The position numbers and the translations under genes are program-made. 64,000 bases of DNA from Nageia nagi (Eukaryota; Plantae; Pinophyta), in the NCBI GenBank assembly GCA_050084985.1, contig JBITNC010000001.1:98704001-98768000 (forward strand), written 5' to 3'. Numbering within the stretch: the first letter of the stretch is position 1; the number at the start of each line of letters is the position of its first letter. This document shows, one piece after another, positions 52,844 through 64,000 of the stretch. The notes beneath the pieces were generated by a model. It was not told where the DNA came from. It did no database searches and saw nothing but the letters and a program-made list of their open reading frames with translations.

Positions 52844-53659
52844 TGTTGTGCCTGCACAACACACCCCAAGATGTAGCATTTTGGGGACCCAATTTTTTCA
52901 AACAGCAATGAGCAACATTGCCTGGGCATGATCAACTTACGATCGATATGGAGACGCAGAACGGTGAGATGATCAAACAATGCATTAGCATGCCTCAGAG
53001 TCATGGAAATAGTTCAGCTCAGCCAGTGGCCAAGTCAGGGCTCGATCTCGAACAATGTCTTAAAGGACGGAGTTGTGGATTGCGGCAGCAACCACACAGT
53101 TGAGTTTTGAGCGAATGGCCATCAGGGCAGAAAAGGCGTCGTTTTGGCATGTTTGAGCAACGAGGGTGACAAGACAACAAAAGGTGCGTTTTTTGTCAAG
53201 TTTGAGTCCGGGAGCAGTGGATACAGTTAAGATGACGAAAATGCGTGTTTTTGTACAAATTGAGCTTAAAAAGGGTATCTACAACCAAAAAGCACGTTTT
53301 TGTCAATTTTGAGCCCGGAAATGGTCACTATGCAGAAAGTGTGCATTTTTGCACGATTTAAGCTCGGTAAGCTCGAAAATGACCAAAAATGCAAGTTTGA
53401 GCTCAAAGTGCTCGTAAATGCCCGAAAAGGTCGGAAATGAGTGTTTTTGTATATCTTGAGTCCGAAAAGGTCGGAAATGTAGATTTTGAGCTCGAAATAC
53501 TGAAAATGATCGTTTTTTCACTGTTTGAGCTCGGAAATGTCTAGAAAAATAAAAAATGGTCGAAATTCATACCTAGAGCCCAAAAATGCCGAAAATCATT
53601 GGAAATGCACTGTTTGGGCCCGTAAGAGACAGAGAAGGTCGGGAGTGTACAATATAGGC

Positions 53660-55070
53660 CAGGATTTTGAGCTCAAATTGGTCTTTCAAGTTCGCGATTT
53701 TGACGAGTTTTGCTCCACCAAAAGTGAGAAAAACAGGAAAATGAGTAAAAGGGCAGCCAGTGAGAGTGGGCCAAGATTTCCAAAATTCCCAAAAGTGTCA
53801 AAATGGAAATTTGAGGGTTAGGTAGGGTGGCAAATAAAAAATTAAGCACCTTTTCTCTTGAAATTTTCGAAATTGGTTAAATTTTGACCCCCCTAGAGCT
53901 AGGCGCTGGTTTTGCCTTGTTTCCCTCAAACTCCAAAATTTGGAAAATGGCCTAAATTTCTCAAAACCTGCGCCTACCCTTCTTGTGCCCCAAAAGTGAA
54001 ACCAATTGGAAATTTTGACCTTCAAGGGGTAGAGGATGGGATTCCATATAAGATTGATGATTTGCTTTTTTCAAAAAAATGAAATCTACCTCCTCAAATC
54101 ATCAAATTTTGATTGACCAATGAGAGGGCTCCAAATTTTCTCAAAACTTTCCAAAATTGGTCAAATCAAGAAGGAAAGTGAGGTAGGGTTCAAAATTCAA
54201 AGGAGATCAACATTGCCTCTTGCAATGTTGCAAAAAAATCAAGTTTACCCCCTCAAAAAGCTAGGTGGCAGTTTTGGCTTGTTTCCCCCATTTTCTAAAT
54301 TTTCAAAAACTATTGCAAAGCCCCTAAAACCTGCTCCTATCTTGCAAGCCCTCATTTTTGCTGAAAAATCAAAATTTTTGATCCTAGGAGTATGGGAAAT
54401 CCAATTTTGCATCTCTTTCATGTTTCAAGTTTTTGGGAAAAAGTTGATATAGTCCCTCAAAATCCCAAAATTTGGATCAGCTAATGGGAGAGCTCCAAAA
54501 TTTTCCAAAAAAATTGAAAAATCCTAAAAACAAAATTGGAAAGAAAGGTAGGGTTCAAAATCCAAATGCAAGCATCTTTGCCTCTTGCAAATTCGCTCAA
54601 AAACTAATTTTTGCCCTCCTAAAAGTTAGGTGCTGGTTTTGCAAGTTGTCCCCCATTTTTTCAATTTTCAAAACTTGACTAAACATCCTAAAACCTGCGC
54701 GTAACCTCCTTGGACCGTAAAAGTGCCCAAAATTGCAATTTTCACTTCTATGAGGTAGGTGGCGTGATTCTACACCATTTTGACCTATCATTTGTGCAAT
54801 TTGGCTCACACGAACTCCTAAAAACCACCTTTTTGCATCCAAAAAGGATCTAAGGGCTGAGAAAACTCAAAAAATTTGGATTTTCCTTCAAGAATCTCAA
54901 AATTCAAAATCCAAATCTGAAGCATGGAGGTTGTAGAGCATTCCAAGGCCATCAGCTTTACTTCCAAGACATCCCCCATTGCACCAAATCTGCTCCTTCC
55001 CCATCTAGGCGGAGATTTTGACTTTTTTCCAAGTTTTCTCATGATTTCCAACGTTGGGTTTGAGAGAGAA
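53660..55070. repeat. degenerate ~360-bp periodic array (unit G)
   Basis: TAGG(C/T)G anchor at 53900, 54262, 54627, 55006; homologous to the D array. Confidence 0.75.
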
Positions 55071-56016
55071 TAGTCCAAAGTGCAAGTGTTGAGCTCTAGG
55101 GTTGATGTGGAAGTGACATGTGGCCTTTTAACACCCCTAGGTCTATAAATATGACCATACCCCCTCCTTTTTGCTCACCTCTTATTTTTGCACTGTTATG
55201 TTACCCAAATTTTTGAGAATTTGAGAACCAAGTGAGAAAAGAAGCCATTTGTCCAGCCTTGGAGGATTTTTCAAACACTTAGTATCTTGGCCATTTACCC
55301 AAACTCCATTAAAATTCGAAATCCAAGCATCCTCCATCCACATGAACTCCATTTTTCCCAAGTTTTGAGGATTTTTTTCACAAAAACCCATTTTTCAAAC
55401 CCTCAAACACTTAAAAATTTATTTTTTTCAGATTTCAAGTTTGATCACTTTTTTGGATACCCTTTATCCATGTAATCTACTTTGATTTTCAGCTAAAAAA
55501 CATAAAAAGATTCATAAGATCCAAGATCTGAATGCTCAAAATCATCATTTCTTGAAAAAAAATTCAAAAAAATCCAATTTTTTTCCAGAAAACTCCAAAG
55601 ATTGTTTCTGAAGTCTGTTTTGGCCGTTTTAATGTTTGAAACACCTTCTCCATTCATTCCCCATCCATCTAAGGTGTTAGAACTTGATTCTGGCACCAAT
55701 TGCCAATTTTGCCAAATTTCACCACTTTTTCTTGTTGAAAAAGTCAACTTTTTTTGAGAAAAACTTGAAAATTCTCCAATCATCCTAATTTTTTGCCAAG
55801 GCATTGCCCTTTGAGGAAGCTACCTTTGTGTCATCTTAAACTCACCCAAAAGGCTTTGAAAATTGCAAACCTTGACATTTTTCGATGATTGCACACTTAG
55901 AGAAAAAAATACCCAAAATCCCAATTTTTTGAAAAATTCTCTTAGCTTGCCTTGAAAGTGCCACAAGCTTCCCAAGAGCCCTCCAACATTGTGTTGTTCT
56001 CATGGACAGGAACAAG

Positions 56017-59000
56017 ATGGCGTTAAGTTGCTCAGAATATCAAAGACAAGAAGCAGAAAAGGCTCACGATGGACAGTCCCATCATTCTTGAACATACGTT
56101 AGAGCCCGTGATGCCCACCGCAAGAATCATTGACCAGCTGAGTGAGATCGGAGATACAGATTGTAACTCCCTCGATCCAATTAAAACTCTAATGAAAAAA
56201 CATACATTGGATCCAGCTTCGATAGTGAAGGACACCTTGAAAACTTCCTTACTACTATCAGCTTCTCTGGTGCCATATGCCACCCCCTTCCCTCAGCTGT
56301 GCTACATGCTAGGAAAGCATTGCGACATTCGAGAGTGGAGACTCCTCGATAGAAGAAAAGAGGTAATCATGGACTTCTCTAAGGAAGGAATAGAAAGGGC
56401 ATTCGCTTGGAAGGGCAAAGGCCTTTCATACAGTGTGCAAGACTCCTTGAAGTTCTACAAGGGTCTGAAACCTCTAGCTGATTTGATTAGAGATTGTTTG
56501 GCTGATGACCGCAAGCATCTCATAGGGAGAGCCTTAGCAACGCCAAATAGAGGAGAGTTCTATCTAGTAGTCTCCAAACTAATATCCATGCTTTCCAGAC
56601 TGATCGGACAGAAAGATGACGCCAAATTCCGGTCGGAATTTGCGGGGTTTATAGAGCTAATCAGTAGTGGTAAAGGTGTTAGGTGGAACAGAGTAATTAG
56701 TGATTCCTTGGCTCAGCAACTAAAACACATTCAGAAGAGCAAGAAATTCTATATGAACTCCTACCTAGTTTTCCTACTCCTTCATGGTAGGGGGAGGGTA
56801 GCTTCAATTGCCAATACCTAGTATCTATGCAACCCTACACATCCAGTGTGGGAAAATTACCCCTAGTACTATGCTCATAATAAATGGAATACTGGAAACT
56901 AGATGATGATGACCGATGGTTTTGAAGGCAAAATTTATGAAGAGATCTTAGGCAGAGCCAACGTATTCAGATTATCCAAAGAGGCTATTGCCGCTATCAA
57001 GGGACATGTACACTTCTTTGCAGAAGACATAGAGTTCACCTACCTTAGGGTCTATGGCTCCAAAGAAGCGTCTTACAAGCTCCCTCGTTATGCAAGTGAT
57101 CGTATCATCCTTATGGAATTTTCAAGACACTTGCTAAACGGACATGACAAGGTATGGGTTAAAAATGCGGCGACTACTTACCAATTACCTATTGTCATCG
57201 AGAATTATGAATTCACCACTTGGTGATAGATTGAAATGATCAAACAAGAACTGGTGTTGTGTGAATTCCTGACAGAAGTAGTTGCGGATCACTATGATCC
57301 CGATGGAGTGATTGATGCATTCTTTCAGAAGCCACACCAGTCCCTTGGTAGGATCGAGAGGTACAGGAACATTGAGGACGCCTTGCAGGTTCAACGGATT
57401 CACAAGGAGCTGAAAAAAGAACACAAACATCACCAAGTCGAAGAAGCTGCCAGGTTAAGAGCTAATGCACAGGTCACTGTACCCTCGAGCCACGGGTACG
57501 TTTTTCCCATAATATCCCCTTTAGTAACCTCGGCTCAAGGACAGAACGGGTAGAATGCTACCAATAGCATCCCCTGACAAACCATTGAAAAAACTATCAC
57601 AAGTATGTGGAATGAAATCTTGGACCTTCGTAGAGCAGTCCTGATCTCTCAACCATTCAAACACTTGCAGAAAAAGATAAATCTCCCGCAAGGTTTGAAT
57701 CGGAGTGGTATGCGCTTGAATCAAAAGCCCTACACATCATCATCCAGTTCGAATAATTATGGACCGAGTGACTCGTCAGAGATCGATGAAGAGATGGATT
57801 TTGTTGGAGTCATCAACAACGACATGTAGATAAACCAAGATACTACCTTTGAGTGGGTCAACACTGATCATTCAGTAGAGATCCTTAGTGAAGGCAATCC
57901 CATCTTGGAGGACCACAACAACATCAGCTCAGAAGGGTACTTCAAGACTTAGGACAATGGCATCATCTTCAGGGGGAGATGATGGAAATCAAGAGGAAGA
58001 GGGAGAAAATGAAGAATAGAGAAGAAAAAGAAGACAAGTAGAGCATGACGTCGAGATCATCAAAGACGGATAGATGGTTCCCTACGGAATACAACCTATG
58101 GAACCCTGCTTCGACATGGTTGCAATGATGGCCAGTTTGAGTTCAAATCATCCATGTGAAGGAGAAGATTCCGAAGATGAATATGAGGAACTTCAGCAGA
58201 CTGATACTCTTATCACCACTGTAGGAAAAGTCACCTACAAGGACAAGCTCTAATCAAGGAAAAACAAGGTTGGTACTGGAAAGTTTGCCCTCACTGTCGA
58301 GATAGAAGAGGCCCTTGTAGAGATTGTTGGCACATTAGGAGTGGAGCACAACATCATCACAAAATGCCCCGGGCATTGAGGGAATCCGGTATGCTATTGA
58401 AGTTAGAGAATCGGGAGTTGAAGAAGATAGTGGCGAGGTAGGAAATGATCGACAAAGAAGTTAGGGTTACTAATTTGACAGTTGAAGACATCAAAAAGCA
58501 GGTTGACTTAAATATTGGAATCACCGCCTTGAAACAAGGATGGACCAAGAACCTTATTGAGGTAGTCAAAGCACTCCACTCAAGCATGGTAAATTTTTAT
58601 ATTGAGGAGGGGTTGCATTCTTAGGCGGAGAAAATAGACCAATTGATCATCAGATGGAAGAATGGGTACCCTACAATGCTAGACCTATGGAGAAGGGCAA
58701 CCCATCATCCTTTCGTGTTGGATTTTTGTATAGATTGGTTCCAACTGTACGATTGCTTGTTCTATATCAAAACCAAGTCCACCAACTTCATATGCACTAG
58801 AACCCAACTCAAAGCCGTCATCAGTGAACAAGCAAGGGAATACGAATTCCATGTACCCTTGTTTGAGGAAAATGGTAGCATTAAGGAGTATATGACAGTG
58901 ATGAGAATGATCCACGCCACTATCGCAGAGCTGATATGTTTTGAGGATCCACACAGCCTGAAAACAGGAAAACACATGATAGGAGGGATGAGATTGGCTG

Positions 59001-59179
59001 ATTGGAGAAAAGAAATGGTCAAAACCAATAAGGCCATCCTAGAGCACCTGCTACCAAACGAAGGAGCCCTCCAGACAATCCACTGTGCCATCAGGATCGT
59101 AGAAGCATTCATGGGAGATGACTTTGAAATCAAAATCGCCACAAATGTGCAAGTCATCTTCCCACAATCGCTAGAATAG
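56017..59179 (+). pseudogene. unit G long ORF (~1000 codons originally, if a single ORF), with stops and frameshifts
   Basis: ORFs 56069-56821 (IGDTD; FPQLC; IMDFSKEGIERAFAW; ISMLSRL; W.RVISD.LAQQL; FYMNSYLVFLLL), 56903-57226 (YLRVYGS...YKLPRYASDRIILMEF), 57236-57553, 58643-59179. Confidence 0.85.
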
Positions 59180-62100
59180 AAAGGGGTCTATTCTAGCAAG
59201 TTTTTGATATGTAAGCCAAATATTTGGCTAACTTAGTGGATTTCCACTAAGTCCACTTGTAATCTCTATTTAGTATTTTTAATTAGATTTTAATTTCGCA
59301 ATTAGGGTTAGGGTTTTGAAACTCATTTCCAAGGTTTGAAAAGTCATTTTTAGGGTTTCCAAACTCTATAAGTAAGAGACCAAGGGTCTCATTTTTGGAA
59401 GGACTTCATTCTGAAGCAAAACACTTAAAGCTTGAAGAGAGAACTTTTGTAAGAGAGTAGCAAATTGATGTATCTTTGCACAACTCTTTTTCAAGTTAAT
59501 ACAAAGTGGATAATGTAAAGACATGAGTTTGAAACTTGTCACATTGGTGTTATTGATTGATTCTTTGAGGGCACTCATAGTGGGTTTGTGTACTTTCGTT
59601 GTATTCCTTTGAAAGCTCACGAGCTTTAGGGAAGTTATCTCTAAAAAACTTTAAAAGTGCTTGAAGCCTACCTATTCTTGTTGCTTGTTGCTTGAAGTTA
59701 TCTTCTTAAGTTCTTCATCCAAAATCGTGATCCACCCACGTTGAAACTTTCCGTTTCCACCCATTTGACGTTGGTCCCCTCTCCTCTTTTAAGCAATTTG
59801 AACAATAAGTTGTTTGCTTGCAAGGTTGGATGAATTGGATGGAGTGTCTTTAACCGATTCGGAAGAGATCAACTCTTAGACACTTTCCTGTTAGTGAACC
59901 TCAACCTCATATCTGACCAAGTATCCTTTCTTTCTCCAAGGTGTTGTCCTTCACCTTTTACAGTATTGTCTTATGCTTTCATACCCAAATATAATCCTTA
60001 AGTCCACACACAAAAGTTTCGAACAAACTCTATACATCCAAGAATAAAACATTGTTGGTTAACAGACTACATACCTCTCATTCCATTCCATTGAGGCTGA
60101 TTCCAAAGAGGGATACTGCATCTTTTTATTTATCCATCCCTATTCAGAAAACACACTTGGTGAACAAACCTTTCAATGTCACAATGTTGGGGTCGTTGGG
60201 CAGGGTGTTTCAACAAGAGCCTTGGAGGTACACAGTCCTTTTCAACCGGGGGAATTGGTAACGCATTCCCAACTATGTTGCTTGGGATCTCCTAAGTTCG
60301 GCTCGCGATATTCAGATTGTCCCGCATGGGAAAGAAAAGCATCCCAACAGACCCCTTCATTGCATGGAGAAAGACATTCCAAGCACATTTAACCTTTCAA
60401 ATTTTCGATTTTGAGCACATATTAGGCACCAAAAAGCTAGGTGCAGTTTTTCCAATCTTTCCAAATCAATACTAGTGAAAACTAGCGCCTAACTTGAGGA
60501 GGAACATCAAATTTTGCTCAAAAATTGAAAATTTTGCCTTTATTGCATGTAAAATGGAATTCTAAGCAACTTTAAACTTGAGAATTTTCAGCTTTGAGCA
60601 AGTTTAAGTACCCAAAAATCTAGGAGGCTTTTTTCATTCCTATGGAAATTTTCACTTTTTGCTACCAAAAAAATCTTGACATGAAAATTGGAAATTTTGC
60701 CAAAAAACTTAAAATCTTTCTAAAAACCTCTTAAAAGCCCCAAAACCTCTAAAAATTTGCCAAGCACCCTATAATCCTATCCTCCATCCATCCATAAGCT
60801 CAAATCTACTTTTTGAAAAATTTCCAAATTTCGGACCCCCTATCTTTTTCGAAAAATAGACCAAAAAATCCATTTTTTGAAAAATTCTCTCAGAATCCCT
60901 TGAAAATTTGCCACAATTATCACATCACGGGCAAATCCAGAGTCAAAGAAAGAAAGAACTCAAACGATGTTCGGAAGGATCTAGAACGAGGATTTGAAAC
61001 TCTAGTTTTTGCCAAATTGATGTAAAATGCCTCTAAATGCATGCTAGAAGGCATCAATTTTTGTAAATATTTTATTTTTAACATATTTTAGTGGGATGAA
61101 ATTGTTCTCCCACTAAAACGATATAGTAATCTCAATTTAGCATTTTAAAGCTTTTTTTAGGAATTAGGGAAACACCTTCAAATTTTGACCTAAAAAGTCT
61201 ATAAATAGATCATAGGGGGTCACATTTTGAGGTAGAATGTTGTAGTCCAAGAAATTTCCTATTTTTTTCCAAAATTGAATTTTTTTGCAATTGAGGAGCA
61301 AATTGATGTACTTGTGCAAAACGCTTTTGCAAACATAATACAAATAGCTACAAGTTGATTCAATGTGTGTTTTCATCTATGGGAGTGGTGGATTTATCTT
61401 TTGAGGACAATTTTTGTAATTAAAATATTTTTGTGCCTTCTCTTTGAAAACTTTCGAGCTTTAGAAGAATTTATTATAAACTTTCAAAATTTTTGAATTG
61501 TTGCTAATTCATCACTTGCTTGTTACATGTTTAGTATTCTGAATCAACTTTCTCTTAAGACATCTTCTTAGATCTTGTGTTCAAAACTATCCACCTTCAC
61601 TCACATTTAGTCCACTTGGTTGCATCGGTCTTGTTCACAGAGTACCGATAATTAGTTCTGCTTTTCACTCATCTTTGGAACGATTGGACAATAGTCATTC
61701 ATTTCAAGGACTTTATTGAATTGAACAAGATTTCTTACTTGATCCGAGAGAGAATGTTTAGACAATGCTGCATTGTGATTACTTCTTTGAAGTCTAGCCA
61801 GTATTCGACCTCATTCTCACTTTTTCTTTTCTTTATTTTACACTTTCTTTAAAAACTTATGGCAACTTTCGAACTATTGTAAGATAACACACCTCAGTCC
61901 CTACAAAAAACGTGAGTTAACAATTATTATCTCTACTACACCACTCAGCTTATTCCCAAACGAGACCTACCAATTTAAAGCTTGTGTTAACGACATGAGC
62001 TTTCCGATCGAAACCTTAGGGTATCAGTCCTTACAAGAAGAGTTCAGTTTCGTGTTCTCACCTACATGTTGGGTTGCTTTCCTGTCTTGATCGTATGGGC

Positions 62101-62632
62101 AATCGCCGAGTAAGAGGAAAGGTTTCGTTCATAACAATACCCCTTTGAGGTCTTGCTTCCTCTCTTAACCATTTGTGTTGTTGGCTAAAGAGAGAGGATT
62201 AAGAGTGAGTGGAACCTAGAAAAAACCTGAAAGAGGTTGGCATCCAAACCTTACATTGGTCGGTGGAGTGTGATGTAAAAGTACTGAACGCATATACCCA
62301 ACACTTATCCTATTTTACTTTTATCTTTCACTTTCTTTTGGCAGCCTTTGCACCCCAAGTAGGAGTAGTAATCAAGAAAACTCTTGCCAAGGTATTGGAC
62401 AAAACGAGTCCTTGAACAAACAAATCTTATTTAAGGTTTGTAACAACTTCAAACAGTTTAGCCACTCTTTGAGCCTTGTTCCTGCCTATTCATTAGAGAG
62501 ACACCTTTGAGATAACCAGTTCTCGTAGCGGAAGAGGGTAACGTCTTCTCACTTAAGGTGTTGGAGTTCTTTTGAGCCTTGCCACTAGCTTATCATTAAC
62601 AAGGTAGGAAAGAAAAGCACCCCAACATATGG

Positions 62633-62757
62633 GTTCATTTGCTTTATGTTATTTTCTTTATGCTTTTTTTAGGATGGGCTTAAGGACCATGATTTTACAT
62701 GCTAGTCCCCTTGATTGCTTTTGTCACCTGAGGACATTAATATACTTTTTTTTTTTT
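62633..62757 (+). mobile_element. short 3'-end fragment of the LINE family
   Basis: GTCCCCTTGA..TTTTGTCACCTGAGGACATTAAT matches the reverse complement of 9873-9910 (GTCCCATTGA..TTTTGGTCACCCGAGGACATTAAT). Confidence 0.55.
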
Positions 62758-62907
62758 AAAAATTTCAAAAGCATTCATTATTTTATCGAAGTATGTAAAT
62801 ACTTTTATTCATCAGATGAATACAGTAGAAGAAAGGAGAAGAGAAAATGAGCTTCAAACCAACAACTGATTACACCTCCTGCTCATCATTTGATGATGCA
62901 AATTGCG

Positions 62908-64000
62908 TGTTGGGATGCTTTTCTTTTCCATGTGGACCCTCTAAAAATTGCACGCATGACTTAGGAGATCCCAAGCAACATAGTCGGGAATGCATTACCA
63001 ATTAGCCTGTTTGAAAAGGACTTGTACCTCCAAGGCTCTTGTCGAAACAACTTACTTAACGACCCAACGTTGTGACGTTTAAGTTATGCCCGCTAAGTGT
63101 GTTCCTGGTCTAGGGATAGATAAAGAAAGTGTGGTATCCCTCTTTGAAATCAGCCTCAATAGAATGGAACGAGAGGTAGTAGTATGTTAACCAATGTTGT
63201 TTTATTCTTTGATGTATAGAGTTTATTCAAAACCTATGTATGGACTTAACGATTGTATTTGGATTTGAAAGCATAAATAAAGCATGAAGAAAGCATAAAG
63301 GAAATACAGTAAAAGGTGAAGGATAACACCTTGGAGACAAAATGGATACTTGGTCGGATATGAGTTTAAGGTTCACTGATCGGAAAGTGTCTAAGAGTTG
63401 ATCTCTTTTGAATCGGTTAAGGACTTTTCATCCAATTCATTCAACCTTGCAAGCAAACAACTTAGTGTTCGAATTGCTTGAAAGAGGAGCGGGGACAAAT
63501 GTCAATTGTCTATTCTCTACGAATAGGACCGATGCAATTGAATGGAAATGGAAAGTTTGAAAGTGGGAGGATCATGGTTTTGGATGAAGGACCTAACAAG
63601 ATGTCATGAAAGTAGAAACTGACATAGAATACCCAATCAACTTGTACATTAAGGATCAACCAACAAGCATAGGTAAGCTTCAAGCACTTTTTAAAGTTTT
63701 TTAGAGATAACTTGCATAAAGGTCGAAAGCTTTCAAAGGAATAAAACGAAAGTGCACAAACCAACTATGATTGTCCTCAAAGATTCAATCCATAACACCA
63801 ATATGTAAAATATCAAACTTAAGTCTTCGCATAACCACTTTGTATTATATTTGTAAAAGGAGGTGCCAAGATTTACAATTTGCTTTCAATTCTTAAAAGT
63901 TCTCTCTTCAAGATTGAATTGTTTGCTTCAGAATGAAGTCCCTACAAAAATGAGACCCTTGGCCTCTTATTTATAAAGTTTTGGAAACCAAAGGACTTTG
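62908..64000 (-). mobile_element. Unit H: 3' ~1.1 kb of a D/G-type unit, inverted, running off the window
   Basis: TGTTGGGATGCTTTTCTTTTCC at 62908 is the reverse complement of the G terminus; colinear with G ~59340-60349; minus-strand TATAAATA at 63975-63968. Confidence 0.9.

Larger units (their letters stand above)
52844..60349 (+). mobile_element. Unit G: longest family member (7506 bp), nested in F
   Basis: TGTTGTGCCTGCACAACA start, GGAAAGAAAAGCATCCCAACA end; TSD AACCT/GACCC (two transitions); removing it restores F's 183-bp phase to within 2 bp. Confidence 0.88.
50593..62136 (+). mobile_element. Unit F: ORF-less family member (~4.0 kb net) nested in E and containing G
   Basis: TGTTTTGCCCGCACAACACACCCCAAAAT start, GGAAAGGTTTCGTTCATAACA end, TSD ATACT/ATACC; hairpin 61086-61118; TATAAATA 61200. 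Confidence 0.8.
48932..62627 (+). mobile_element. Unit E: ORF-less family member (~2.15 kb net) containing nested F and G
   Basis: TGTTGTGGTTAGCACAACA start, GGAAAGAAAAGCACCCCAACA end, TSD TATGA/TATGG; 62142-62627 continues the A/C-like 3' region broken at 50592. Confidence 0.85.

Noticed and set aside
62816-62907. Possible next PTST3 exon (EERRRENELQTNN resembles RENQ.EIN)
   Set aside because: Wrong phase for the 45850 donor, immediate stops, and no LHQKELEL motif.

Overview
Eukaryotic, AT-rich plant genomic DNA in the style of a large-genome gymnosperm; the species cannot be determined from the sequence. The window lies inside one host gene on the + strand, a PTST3-like chloroplast starch-targeting gene. 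Only two of its exons are visible (9117-9540, 45589-45850), separated by a 36,048-bp intron, and the rest is decayed, nested transposable elements. Conventional elements: the 5' half of a Ty3/gypsy element (1-1755, -), a near full-length non-L1 (RTEX-like) LINE (~9875-13890, -), an integrase relic, a complete 2.46-kb non-autonomous LTR element with TSD (16907-19362) and solo LTRs. The main finding is one family, present nine times (labelled Z, A-H), of 2-7.5 kb units. They have TGTTG...CAACA ends and 5-bp target-site duplications, but no internal LTR pair, PBS, PPT or gag/pol. Their shared layout is: two 5' terminal hairpins, a subfamily-specific array of palindromic or ~180-bp periodic repeats, a TATA box, one long ORF (decayed or deleted), a covarying hairpin, a second TATA box, and a 3' terminal hairpin ending GGAAAG...AACA. 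My best reading (inference) is giant solo LTRs that carry their own gene and promoter inside U3, possibly a protein plus its binding-site array. A self-contained mobile unit is the alternative. All coordinates were read by eye; those marked ~ are approximate.
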